This document shows positions 1 through 7,753 of a stretch of DNA of 49,784 bases, piece after piece; position 1 is the stretch's first letter, and every line of letters starts with the position of its first letter. Source of the DNA: Planctomycetaceae bacterium (lineage in GTDB: Bacteria; Planctomycetota; Planctomycetia; Pirellulales; UBA1268); NCBI GenBank assembly GCA_046086245.1, contig JBJSXB010000257.1, forward strand, positions 1-49,784. The letters run 5' to 3'. The notes beneath the pieces were generated by a model, which did not search any database, was not told the DNA's origin, and saw nothing but the letters and a program-made list of their open reading frames with translations. The position numbers and the translations under genes were made by a program.

Positions 1-399
1 CCTAAGCCACCGGGCACAAAACCCGTTCCAGCCGAAACACTCACCAACGGTGGCGACTCGCCGCAGCAATGAAACGACGGACAATGCCGGTTGGAAAAGA
101 ACTTCCGCCTGGGCAAACTGGGTAGGTGGCTAGGGTAGCAGGGCACAAGGGGGTGTCAAGGATCGACAATACCACCATAGAGGGGATTTTGTCCCAAGCT
201 GGTCACCGCGCCGCTGCGGTCCAAGCGGGGAAAATGGCCCGCTGACCCCACCACCCGTGACGGCCGATCCGGCCGCGGTCGCACCCGGCCGAGGCGCCGA
301 TGGCTCGGGCGCGACGGTGTTCAGCCGCAAGGTGTTTCAACAGCCGGCGGGGCGCCGAGACGGAGGCGACGCGGCAAGAACGAGGTCGGGCAGCCGACG

Positions 400-1044
400 C
401 TACCGCTGAGCGGCGTTCGCATCTCCGCGCGCGGTGCGTTCCTCTGCGCCGGGTACCGCCTCGTTACGACTGCGCCGCTGGATCTCCTCGGCGACCGCCT
501 CCTGCTTGGCGACCATGTCCTCGGGATCCTCGAAGTCGAGCAGCAGCGGCGGGAGATCGGGAAACACCTTCGTCGCCATCCCCACCACCCGCCACCCCTC
601 GGGATCGAGGCGCACCACCCAGACGACGTTCTCCGAACTGGTGAAACCCTCGGCGTCGGTGTCGCTCCAGGTGGTGGCGACGTGGACGAGGTCGTCGGCG
701 TCCCCCACCACCTCGCACTCGCCGACGGAGTACGTCGCCGTCGGCTTCACCGGCGGCGCGACCATCATCCCGAGTTCCTCCGTCTTCGCCTTGGCGACCT
801 TACTGAGCATCGCGCTGGCCGCGTCGTTATCTCCACGTTTGACCGCCTCGAGGAAGGTCACCACCGATTGCTTCGCCCGTTCCGCAGCCCCGCTCCCCAC
901 CGTCACCGCGGTCCCCGAACCGGCGGAACATCCGGGAAGGGCCAACGCCGCCACCGCGACACATCCGGCGATGAAACTCGCGACCCACAACGACCAGTGC
1001 CGGGGGGTGACCGGCCGCGAAACGACCCGAAGCGGCGACTGCAT
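400..1044 (-). CDS. Exported lipoprotein, function unknown
   Basis: Inner ATG (MQSPLRV...) of track ORF 400..1290. The N-terminal hydrophobic segment ends in a lipobox-like LALPGC. Amino-acid composition is ordinary, whereas the overlapping + strand ORFs (434..1108, 682..1311) are Ser/Arg/Gly-rich shadow frames. No family recognised. Confidence 0.55.
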   Translation of the reverse strand: MQSPLRVVSRPVTPRHWSLWVASFIAGCVAVAALALPGCSAGSGTAVTVGSGAAERAKQSVVTFLEAVKRGDNDAASAMLSKVAKAKTEELGMMVAPPVKPTATYSVGECEVVGDADDLVHVATTWSDTDAEGFTSSENVVWVVRLDPEGWRVVGMATKVFPDLPPLLLDFEDPEDMVAKQEAVAEEIQRRSRNEAVPGAEERTARGDANAAQR

Positions 1045-1331
1045 GGCGATCCTCCCAAGGGAGTCGGGCCCGGCGACTCGCCGGTCGAGACTCGGGGGGG
1101 GAGGGTGACGCAGCCGCCCGACGCGGTCAAGACGAATCCGCCCCCTCCACCCGCCGGCACCGGCAGCGGCCCAGGCCAGCTGGGGGGGCGGAGCCGCCGG
1201 ATGACCGCCGGGCCGGTGGCCGCACTCGGTATCATGGAGGAGTCGGCGGCCTGGTTTGGCCGCGGCCTGTCGGCCTTCCCGCGCGGCCATCGCTGCCGAG
1301 GCGTGTCGTGAGACCCGTGTTCCCGGTCCGA

Positions 1332-2315
1332 ATGGCGAAGCGTCGCACCGCCGGCCGGGCCACGACGCCCGTGGCGGTGGCCATGGTCATGGCCGTCGTG
1401 TCGTGCAGCCTGCCGACGATCGGCACCACGGCACCGCCGCGCGAACGCGTGCGCGCCCGCCCCCCGGAAAGCTGGCCCGCACTGGCCACGGCGACGTTTT
1501 TCGACGACGCGTTCACCACCCTCGAGGGCGCGCGTCCCGACTTCGGAGCGCTCGCCGCGGGACGTGCCCCGGGCGCGGCACCCGCCACGACACCGGCCGC
1601 GCCCGACGGTTTCCGCTGGTCGGCCCTCGTGTCGGCGGAGACCCTCGTCGACGAGGTCAAGGACATGCGGAGTGCCGTCCAGGCGGCCATCGCCTCGACG
1701 ACCGCTTTCAAGGGAGGCGGATACGAGTCGGCGCGCGAGGCGTTCAGTTCGATCGCATTGGCCTTCGGCGTGATCGCCGCCTACGACGGCGAGGTGCGCT
1801 GGAAAACGGATGCGGTCGCGGCCAGGGATCGCTTCGCCCGCGTCGGTTTCAACTGCAAGGTCGGTACCGATCAGTCGTTCGCCGAGGCCAAGGCGCGGGC
1901 CACCGATCTTGCCGCCCTCCTCGACGGCAGCGGCCTGCCGTCGCCGTCCGACGGCGATCCCGACGCCGGTGACGCGACATGGAGCCAGGTCGCCGCGCGT
2001 CCGGCACTGATGAATCGACTCGATCGCTGCGATGCGACCGTCAACGCGGCGGTGGCGTCACGCGCCGACTTCAACCGCGATCTCGCCCGCCTGCTGCACG
2101 AGGTGGAGATGGCGGCCGTGATCGCCGAGGTGATCCAGCGCCGCGACTACGAATACCACGACGACGACACCTACCGTGGCTACGCCGCCGCGATGCGCGC
2201 CGCCGCCCTCGAGGCCCGGTCCGCCGCGGCCAAGGAGGATTACGACGCGGTGCGGGCGGCGGTCGGCACCCTGAAGAAGTCGTGCGACACCTGCCACGGG
2301 GACTACCGCAGCTGA
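1332..2315 (+). CDS. Lipoprotein with C-terminal class II (cytochrome c-prime-like) haem c motif
   Basis: Inner ATG (MAKRRTAG...) of ORF 1308..2315. Signal peptide with lipobox-like AVVSC. The extreme C-terminus KKSCDTCHGDYRS carries CxxCH followed by an aromatic-Arg pair, which is the position and context typical of four-helix-bundle cytochromes c-prime. Confidence 0.6.
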   Translation: MAKRRTAGRATTPVAVAMVMAVVSCSLPTIGTTAPPRERVRARPPESWPALATATFFDDAFTTLEGARPDFGALAAGRAPGAAPATTPAAPDGFRWSALVSAETLVDEVKDMRSAVQAAIASTTAFKGGGYESAREAFSSIALAFGVIAAYDGEVRWKTDAVAARDRFARVGFNCKVGTDQSFAEAKARATDLAALLDGSGLPSPSDGDPDAGDATWSQVAARPALMNRLDRCDATVNAAVASRADFNRDLARLLHEVEMAAVIAEVIQRRDYEYHDDDTYRGYAAAMRAAALEARSAAAKEDYDAVRAAVGTLKKSCDTCHGDYRS

Positions 2316-2551
2316 CGGGCCGGTTGCCGCGGCGGATCGCGACCGCCGATCCCCGTGTCACCGGCGCCGACCCAGCCGGCCCCGGACGCGCGCCGGTTGC
2401 GATGGACCCATCCGCCGCCTACGCTTCTCCTCTCGATCTGGCGGGGGCGTCACCCCCAGACGAAGGGAGTTCCCCGCCCTCGCGCGGCGACCGCTCCACG
2501 CCGCTCGGGCGAGTCGCGGTCGGGCGGAGCGTTGATCGTCCAATCGTTCGG

Positions 2552-2579
2552 CCCATCCATTCGGCCCCATCCATTCGGC
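2552..2579. repeat. Perfect 14-bp direct repeat x2 (CCCATCCATTCGGC)
   Basis: Read directly: 2552-2565 and 2566-2579 are identical. A related ...TCGTTCGGC lies just upstream. The repeat sits about 48 nt upstream of the ClpP-like start codon. Confidence 0.9.
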
Positions 2580-2626
2580 AAGGAAAGGCCCCTGCGGCAG
2601 CGGTCCGTCGCGGGGGACGCAGGACT

Positions 2627-3208
2627 ATGGCAGCTCGCAAGGCAGCGCCGTCGGAGCCCCCATCCCGTCCCGACGACGAGGGGCCCCAAGGACCGATCGA
2701 GATCGCGATCCTCGGCGATCTCGGCAACCACGAATCGGATATCACCGGCAGCCTCGTCGGGATCGAGCCGGGGGGTGAGTGCATCATCTACTTCGACTCG
2801 CCGGGGGGCAGCCCCTACTGCGCGATGTCGCTGGTGGCCCTCATGAAGCTGCGCGGGATCGAGGCCACCGGCATCGTCACGGGGGAGTGTTCGTCGGCCG
2901 CGCTGTGGCCGTTCGCCGCCTGCGCGCGGCGGGTCGTCACGCCGTACAGCGTGTTTCTCTTCCATCCGATGAAGTGGCAAAGCGAGGAGCATATCGGCAT
3001 CACCGAGGCGGCCGAGTGGTCGCGGCACTTCTCCCAGCTGGAGAAGGAGATGGACGTGCTGCTTTGCGAACTGTTCGGCAAATCGTCCGACCTGATCAAC
3101 GAATGGATCCGCACCCACCGCTACGTGACCGGTCGTGAGATGGTGAAGGCCGGACTCGCGGAGATGGTCGACCTGGCCCCGCTCCCCGGGCTCGTGCCGC
3201 CGCGGTAA
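2627..3208 (+). CDS. ClpP/ClpP-like serine protease family protein (stand-alone paralogue)
   Basis: Inner ATG (MAARKAAP...) of ORF 1979..3208. IIYFDSPGGS matches the ClpP INSPGG segment. GECSSAAL lies at the nucleophile Ser position (G-x-A-A-S-M-G). FLFHPM lies at the IHQP His position. C-terminal ...GREMVKAGLAEMV resembles the ClpP A.EA..yGLiD.v segment. Confidence 0.7.
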   Translation: MAARKAAPSEPPSRPDDEGPQGPIEIAILGDLGNHESDITGSLVGIEPGGECIIYFDSPGGSPYCAMSLVALMKLRGIEATGIVTGECSSAALWPFAACARRVVTPYSVFLFHPMKWQSEEHIGITEAAEWSRHFSQLEKEMDVLLCELFGKSSDLINEWIRTHRYVTGREMVKAGLAEMVDLAPLPGLVPPR

Positions 3209-3413
3209 ACGGTGACCGCCAGCCATCCGGGCCGTCGGCCCTGGGAAGGGGGGCACGGGCCTGGGAAGGGGGCACGGGCACCGGCCGGCGGGAGCCACGC
3301 CGGCAAGCCTGCCGGCACGCGCCGGGCTATGATGGCGGCGGGTCGGGTGTCGCCCCCGACGATGGGCGGTGATCCCGTTCGACCCGTGTCCACACCCGCA
3401 GAGGAGTCTTGCG

Positions 3414-4046
3414 ATGGGCGATCGACACCCGACCGGGGCAGATGGCCGCCACGCGAGCCGGCCCACCACGCGTGGCACGGCGCGGCGCGCGACGCTGGCC
3501 GCCGTGGCGACGCTGGCGGTGCTCGCCGCCCGACCCCTTCCCGCCCAGGACGACGTGCGGGCGTTCCGCATCGCCGACGGGGCCTTCTCGTTGGAGGCAC
3601 CGACCGGCTGGAAACGGGTGCCGCCGAAATCGGGGATCGTCGAGACCGAATTCGCGATCCCTTCCGAGGGCGACGCGCCCCCCGGCCGGATGACGGTGAT
3701 GGGAGCGGGCGGGAGCGTGCAGGCCAACGTGGACCGTTGGTACGGTCAGTTCAGCCAGCCCGACGGCTCCGCGACCAAGGACAAGGCGGTGACCAAATCG
3801 GTCAAGATCGCCGGCTGCGAGGTCACGATGGTGGACGTGTCGGGGACCTACAAGGACAGCCCCGGAGGACCGTTCGCCGGTGGCAAGACGGTCGACCGAC
3901 CGGGCTACCGCATGCTCGCTGCGATCGTGGAAACGCCCGCGTCTCAAAGCTATTTTCTCAAATTCTACGGTCCGGCGGCCACCGTCGCGAAGCATGCCGA
4001 CGGCTTTCGGGCGATGGTCGAAGGGATCGTCCCGACGGCGAAGTGA
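3414..4046 (+). CDS. Exported protein, function unknown (Tat-like signal)
   Basis: Inner ATG preceded by GAGGAG 7 nt upstream. The N-terminus has RR-A-T-L followed by a hydrophobic stretch and AQD. The mature part has a balanced, beta-rich-looking composition. No family recognised. Confidence 0.6.
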   Translation: MGDRHPTGADGRHASRPTTRGTARRATLAAVATLAVLAARPLPAQDDVRAFRIADGAFSLEAPTGWKRVPPKSGIVETEFAIPSEGDAPPGRMTVMGAGGSVQANVDRWYGQFSQPDGSATKDKAVTKSVKIAGCEVTMVDVSGTYKDSPGGPFAGGKTVDRPGYRMLAAIVETPASQSYFLKFYGPAATVAKHADGFRAMVEGIVPTAK

Positions 4047-4185
4047 CGCGGCCGCGGCTGCCCTCTACGGGCGGGCGCGGCGGCGTGCGGGCGCGAAGCT
4101 CCCGCGAACGAGGGCGGCACGGAGACGGCTCCCCGCGCCGTGCGGGCGGTCGCAGCCCGGTCATCAGACGGCGGACATCCATACG

Positions 4186-5670
4186 ATGAATATCCAGGAA
4201 TTCCTCCAGCACCACGGCATCGGTGGCAACCCGTTCGCGGAGGAAGACGCCCAAAACGACACGGTGTTCAAGCGGACCTGCCTGGAATCGACGTTTCACC
4301 CGGCGTGGGACAAGGTCTACGGCAACCCCGACGATCCGAGCACCGCGATCGTGTTCGGCGAGAAGGGCTCGGGGAAGACGGCGCTGAAGTTGCAGATGGT
4401 GCGGCGATTCGAGCGGCACGGGGTGGAGCACCCGGACCGCAAGACGTTCGTGGTGCTCTACGACGACTTCAACCCGTTCCTCGACCGTTTCATCGGCCGG
4501 GTGGGCCCGAAGCGCCCGGTGGAGAAGGTGCTCGCGCACTGGAAGCTGTGGGATCACATCGACGCGATCCTCGCCCTGGGCACGACGCAGTTGGTGACCC
4601 AGATGCTCGACGAAGGGCACCGCGGCAAGCGCCGTCTCAGCGCGCCGCAGGCCCGCGACCTCGCCCTCCTCGCCGCCTGCTACGACCAATCGACCGGCGA
4701 GACGTTCCCGTCGCGCTGGTCGCGGCTGCGACGGCTCGTCGGCTACCGTGCCTGGCGGGCGGCCTGGCCGCTGTGGCTCGGCCTGGTGGCCACCAGCATC
4801 CTGCTGGGGGCGCTGGCCGGTTCGGTCCGCAACGGGTCGGGCTGGAGCGGCATCGTGCCCCCCCGGGCGCCGTGGTGGCTGCCGTTGGCCTTCCTCGTCG
4901 CCGGCTGGGGCCCGTGGCTGTGGACACGGGTGCGCTCCTGGTGGACCGCGCGCGGCGTGGTCCGCGGGATGCGGACGGGAAACCGCACCGTCGGTCAACT
5001 CACCCAGGCGCTCTCGCGGATGCCGGCGGTCGATCTCGCCGGCCAACCGCTTCCCCGCCATGCGCGGAGTGACGACCGGTACGAGCTTCTCGCCAAGTTC
5101 CAGGGCATTCTTCAGGGGCTCGGCTACGGCGGGATGGTGGTGATCGTCGACCGTGTCGACGAGCCCCATGCGGTCAACGGGCAGGCGGAACGGATGCGGT
5201 TGCTCGTCTGGCCGCTGCTCGACAACAAGTTCCTCAAGTCGCCCGGCCTCGGCTTCAAGCTGCTCCTGCCCGACGAGCTCTACCGGTTCATCGAGCGCGA
5301 GGACGAGTCGTTCAACCAACGCGCACGGCTCGACAAGCAAAACCTCGTGCCGAGCCTCGAATGGACCGGCGAGACCCTCTACGACATCGCCTCCCAGCGC
5401 GTGAAGGCCGCGAGCACCGGAAATCCCCCGGCGACGCTCGCCCAACTCTTCGATCCCGCGGTCGATCAGCGGCGCCTGATCGACGGCCTGCGGACGCTGC
5501 GTGTGCCACGGCATCTGTTCAAGTTCCTCCACCGGCTGTGCGTGGCCCACTGCCACTCCCATACGTCGGAGCAGCCGGTGTGGACCATCCCGCTCGAACG
5601 GTTCGAAAAGGAACTGGCCGTCTTCCGGCGCGATCAGGACGCCTTCGACCGCGGCCTCGCGCCGCGGTAG
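4186..5670 (+). CDS. P-loop NTPase with membrane insertion (KAP-like topology)
   Basis: Inner ATG (MNIQEFLQHHGIGGNPF...) of ORF 3880..5670. Walker A is GEKGSGKT. Two hydrophobic helices follow (AAWPLWLGLVATSILLGALAG and WWLPLAFLVAGWGPWLW). Walker B-like GGMVVIVDRVDEP lies downstream of them. Confidence 0.7.
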   Translation: MNIQEFLQHHGIGGNPFAEEDAQNDTVFKRTCLESTFHPAWDKVYGNPDDPSTAIVFGEKGSGKTALKLQMVRRFERHGVEHPDRKTFVVLYDDFNPFLDRFIGRVGPKRPVEKVLAHWKLWDHIDAILALGTTQLVTQMLDEGHRGKRRLSAPQARDLALLAACYDQSTGETFPSRWSRLRRLVGYRAWRAAWPLWLGLVATSILLGALAGSVRNGSGWSGIVPPRAPWWLPLAFLVAGWGPWLWTRVRSWWTARGVVRGMRTGNRTVGQLTQALSRMPAVDLAGQPLPRHARSDDRYELLAKFQGILQGLGYGGMVVIVDRVDEPHAVNGQAERMRLLVWPLLDNKFLKSPGLGFKLLLPDELYRFIEREDESFNQRARLDKQNLVPSLEWTGETLYDIASQRVKAASTGNPPATLAQLFDPAVDQRRLIDGLRTLRVPRHLFKFLHRLCVAHCHSHTSEQPVWTIPLERFEKELAVFRRDQDAFDRGLAPR

Positions 5671-5675
5671 CGGCC

Positions 5676-6683
5676 ATGGATGCCGAACTCCACACCATCG
5701 CCGTCGGCCGCGACGCGATGGCGTGTCGATTCGAGGCGGTGTTCAACGCCGGCGAGGTCGCCGACGCCACCGAACTGGGCAGCGCCGCGCTCGATCTGGT
5801 CGGGGTGATCGAGGAGCGGATCACGATCCACCGACCGGGCGGAGCGCTGGCGGCGCTCAACGTCGTCGCCGCCGACGGGTGGCAGATCGTGCCCGACGAC
5901 ATCGGGCCGCTGCTGTCGCTCGCCGAGGAGTGCTGGCGGCGCACCGACGGGGCTTTCGACATGGCGACCGGAGCGCTGTCGCGCTGTTGGGGGTTTCTCC
6001 GCCGCCAGGGGCGCATCCCGGCCGCCGAGGATCTGGCGGCGGCGCTCGCTCGCTCCGGATGGCACCGGGTCGAACTCGACCGCGCGGCGGCGCGCGTCCG
6101 GTTCGCCACCGCCGGCGTCGAGCTCAACCCGGGGGCGATCGGCAAGGGTTGGGCACTCGACCGGGCAGCGGCACTCGTCCGGGCCGAGGGCGTCGCCAGC
6201 TTCCTGCTCCACGGCGGATCGAGCAGCGTCCTGGCCAGGGGGGTGCAGGGACCCGACCTCGCCGGCCGCCGCGGCTGGCGGGTCGGGCTGCGGCATCCGA
6301 TGCGAACCGGCGAGCGACTGGCCACGCTGACGCTCGTCGATCGGGCACTGGGCACCAGCGGGTCGGGGACGCAGTTCTTCATCGATCGCGGGCGACGTCT
6401 CGGCCACATCCTCGATCCGCGCAGCGGCGTGCCGGCGGAGGGCGTGCTGTCGGCGACGGTCCTCGCACCGGAGGCGGCCGTCGCCGACGCACTGGCGACC
6501 GCCGCCTACGTACTCGGTCCCGCGGGCCTCGACCGGATCGCACCGGCCGGCGGACCGGTGTCGGCGGTCCTCGTCGTCCCGACGCGGAGCTCGGGCGGGG
6601 TGCGGGTCATGACCGCCAACCTCGCCGCGGAAGACGTGGTCTGGTCGCGGGCACCGGGCATCGAGGTGGTGCGGTCGACCTGA
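5676..6683 (+). CDS. apbE: FAD:protein FMN transferase (ApbE family)
   Basis: Inner ATG 5 nt after the preceding stop. N-terminal AMACRFEAV, central GAIGKGWALD (the ApbE IaKGyavD segment), and C-terminal ADALATA. Length of 335 aa is typical. Confidence 0.85.
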   Translation: MDAELHTIAVGRDAMACRFEAVFNAGEVADATELGSAALDLVGVIEERITIHRPGGALAALNVVAADGWQIVPDDIGPLLSLAEECWRRTDGAFDMATGALSRCWGFLRRQGRIPAAEDLAAALARSGWHRVELDRAAARVRFATAGVELNPGAIGKGWALDRAAALVRAEGVASFLLHGGSSSVLARGVQGPDLAGRRGWRVGLRHPMRTGERLATLTLVDRALGTSGSGTQFFIDRGRRLGHILDPRSGVPAEGVLSATVLAPEAAVADALATAAYVLGPAGLDRIAPAGGPVSAVLVVPTRSSGGVRVMTANLAAEDVVWSRAPGIEVVRST

Positions 6684-6781
6684 CCGGCAGCGGGAACGGC
6701 GCTTCCGCCGACCGATCGTCGGGGTAGACTCCTCGCCTGGTCCCTCCACCCCCGCCCCACCGTTCCACGACGCGTCTGCAC

Positions 6782-7579
6782 ATGATCGAGTGGGTCGAGC
6801 GGGGTTCCTACCTCGGCATCGTGCTGTTCCTCACCCTCACGGGCATCGGCCTGCCGGTGCCCGAGGAAGTGCCGATCGTGGCCGCTGGCGTGGCCAGTCG
6901 CGCCGGCGCGATCCACTGGTATTACGCCCTCCCCGCCTGCCTCCTCGGGGCGATCCTCGGCGACAGCCTGATGTACGCCATCGGGAGGTTCTTCGGGGCG
7001 CGGATCCTCAAGGAGCATCCCTGGTGGTCCGGGTTCCTCACCCCCGAGCGGGAACGGACCATCGAGACGCTGATTCAGCGGCACGGCATCAAGGCCTTCT
7101 TCGTGGCGCGGTTCCTCGTCGGGCTACGGAGCCCCTTCTATCTGACCGCGGGCATTCTCCGGGTGAAGTACCGCTGGTTCCTGTTCGCCGACCTGATCTG
7201 CGCGACGGTCGTGATCGGCGGTTTCTTCGGCCTGTCGTATTTCTTCGGTGATCGCATCGTCGGCCTGGTGCGCTCGGCGGAGGCCGGGCTGACGCTCGCG
7301 GCGGCGGCGTGCGCGGTGCTCGCCGTCGTCGCCTTTTTCTGGTTCCGCAAGCGGCGGATGCGGCTGCTCGATCAGGATCCGGAACGGCTTTTCGAGAACC
7401 GCGAACTGATCTTCGGCCCGGCCGCCGACCGGATCCCCGAGGCCGTCGCCTTCGACCCGATCCGGTCGGCCGACGACGCGCGCGGCGAGCCTCCGGCCGA
7501 ACCGGCCACGGGCGACGGACGGGGGCACCCCGCCACACGGGGCGAACCGCGGACCGACGGGTCCCCACGCCGGCATTGA
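6782..7579 (+). CDS. DedA/SNARE-associated family membrane protein
   Basis: LPVPEEVPIVAAG ... LGDSLMYAIGRFFG ... HGIKAFFVARFLVGLRSPFYLTAGI are the conserved DedA-family blocks. Several predicted TM helices. Confidence 0.85.
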   Translation: MIEWVERGSYLGIVLFLTLTGIGLPVPEEVPIVAAGVASRAGAIHWYYALPACLLGAILGDSLMYAIGRFFGARILKEHPWWSGFLTPERERTIETLIQRHGIKAFFVARFLVGLRSPFYLTAGILRVKYRWFLFADLICATVVIGGFFGLSYFFGDRIVGLVRSAEAGLTLAAAACAVLAVVAFFWFRKRRMRLLDQDPERLFENRELIFGPAADRIPEAVAFDPIRSADDARGEPPAEPATGDGRGHPATRGEPRTDGSPRRH

Positions 7580-7616
7580 GCGCCTCGTGCGCCCGACGCC
7601 CCTCCGCGGGCCGGTG

Positions 7617-7636
7617 ACCGCACCGGTCGGTGCGGT
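7617..7636 (+). terminator. Possible hairpin downstream of the dedA-family gene (no U-tract)
   Basis: ACCGCACC-GGTC-GGTGCGGT, an 8-bp perfect stem with a 4-nt loop, 38 nt after the stop at 7579. No T-run follows, so termination function is uncertain. Confidence 0.3.
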
Positions 7637-7753
7637 GATGCGGGTGGTAGCGGCAGCGCGCGACCCGACGCCGAGGATGACGGCTGCGGAAGGTTTGCGG
7701 CCCCCGTTCCGCGTCCTAAGGTCCAAGTGTCACCCTCGCCGCCGGAATCCGCG

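Noticed and set aside
1-72. Open plus-strand frame from the window edge to a TGA at 70-72 (...PKPPGTKPVPAETLTNGGDSPQQ)
   Set aside because: Only 23 codons are visible with no motif. This cannot be distinguished from a chance open frame, so it is not reported as a feature.
110-160. RNase P RNA-like string (CTGGGTAGGTGGCTAGGG resembles the GGGUAGG..GCU.GAG region) and a ykkC-like CTAGGGT
   Set aside because: The universally conserved RNase P P4 elements (GAGGAAAGUCCGG and ACAGAA.CCGGCUUA) are absent on both strands. The guanidine-riboswitch blocks (GGUCCGAGAG, ACACGGCGGGA) are also absent, and no downstream same-strand gene exists.
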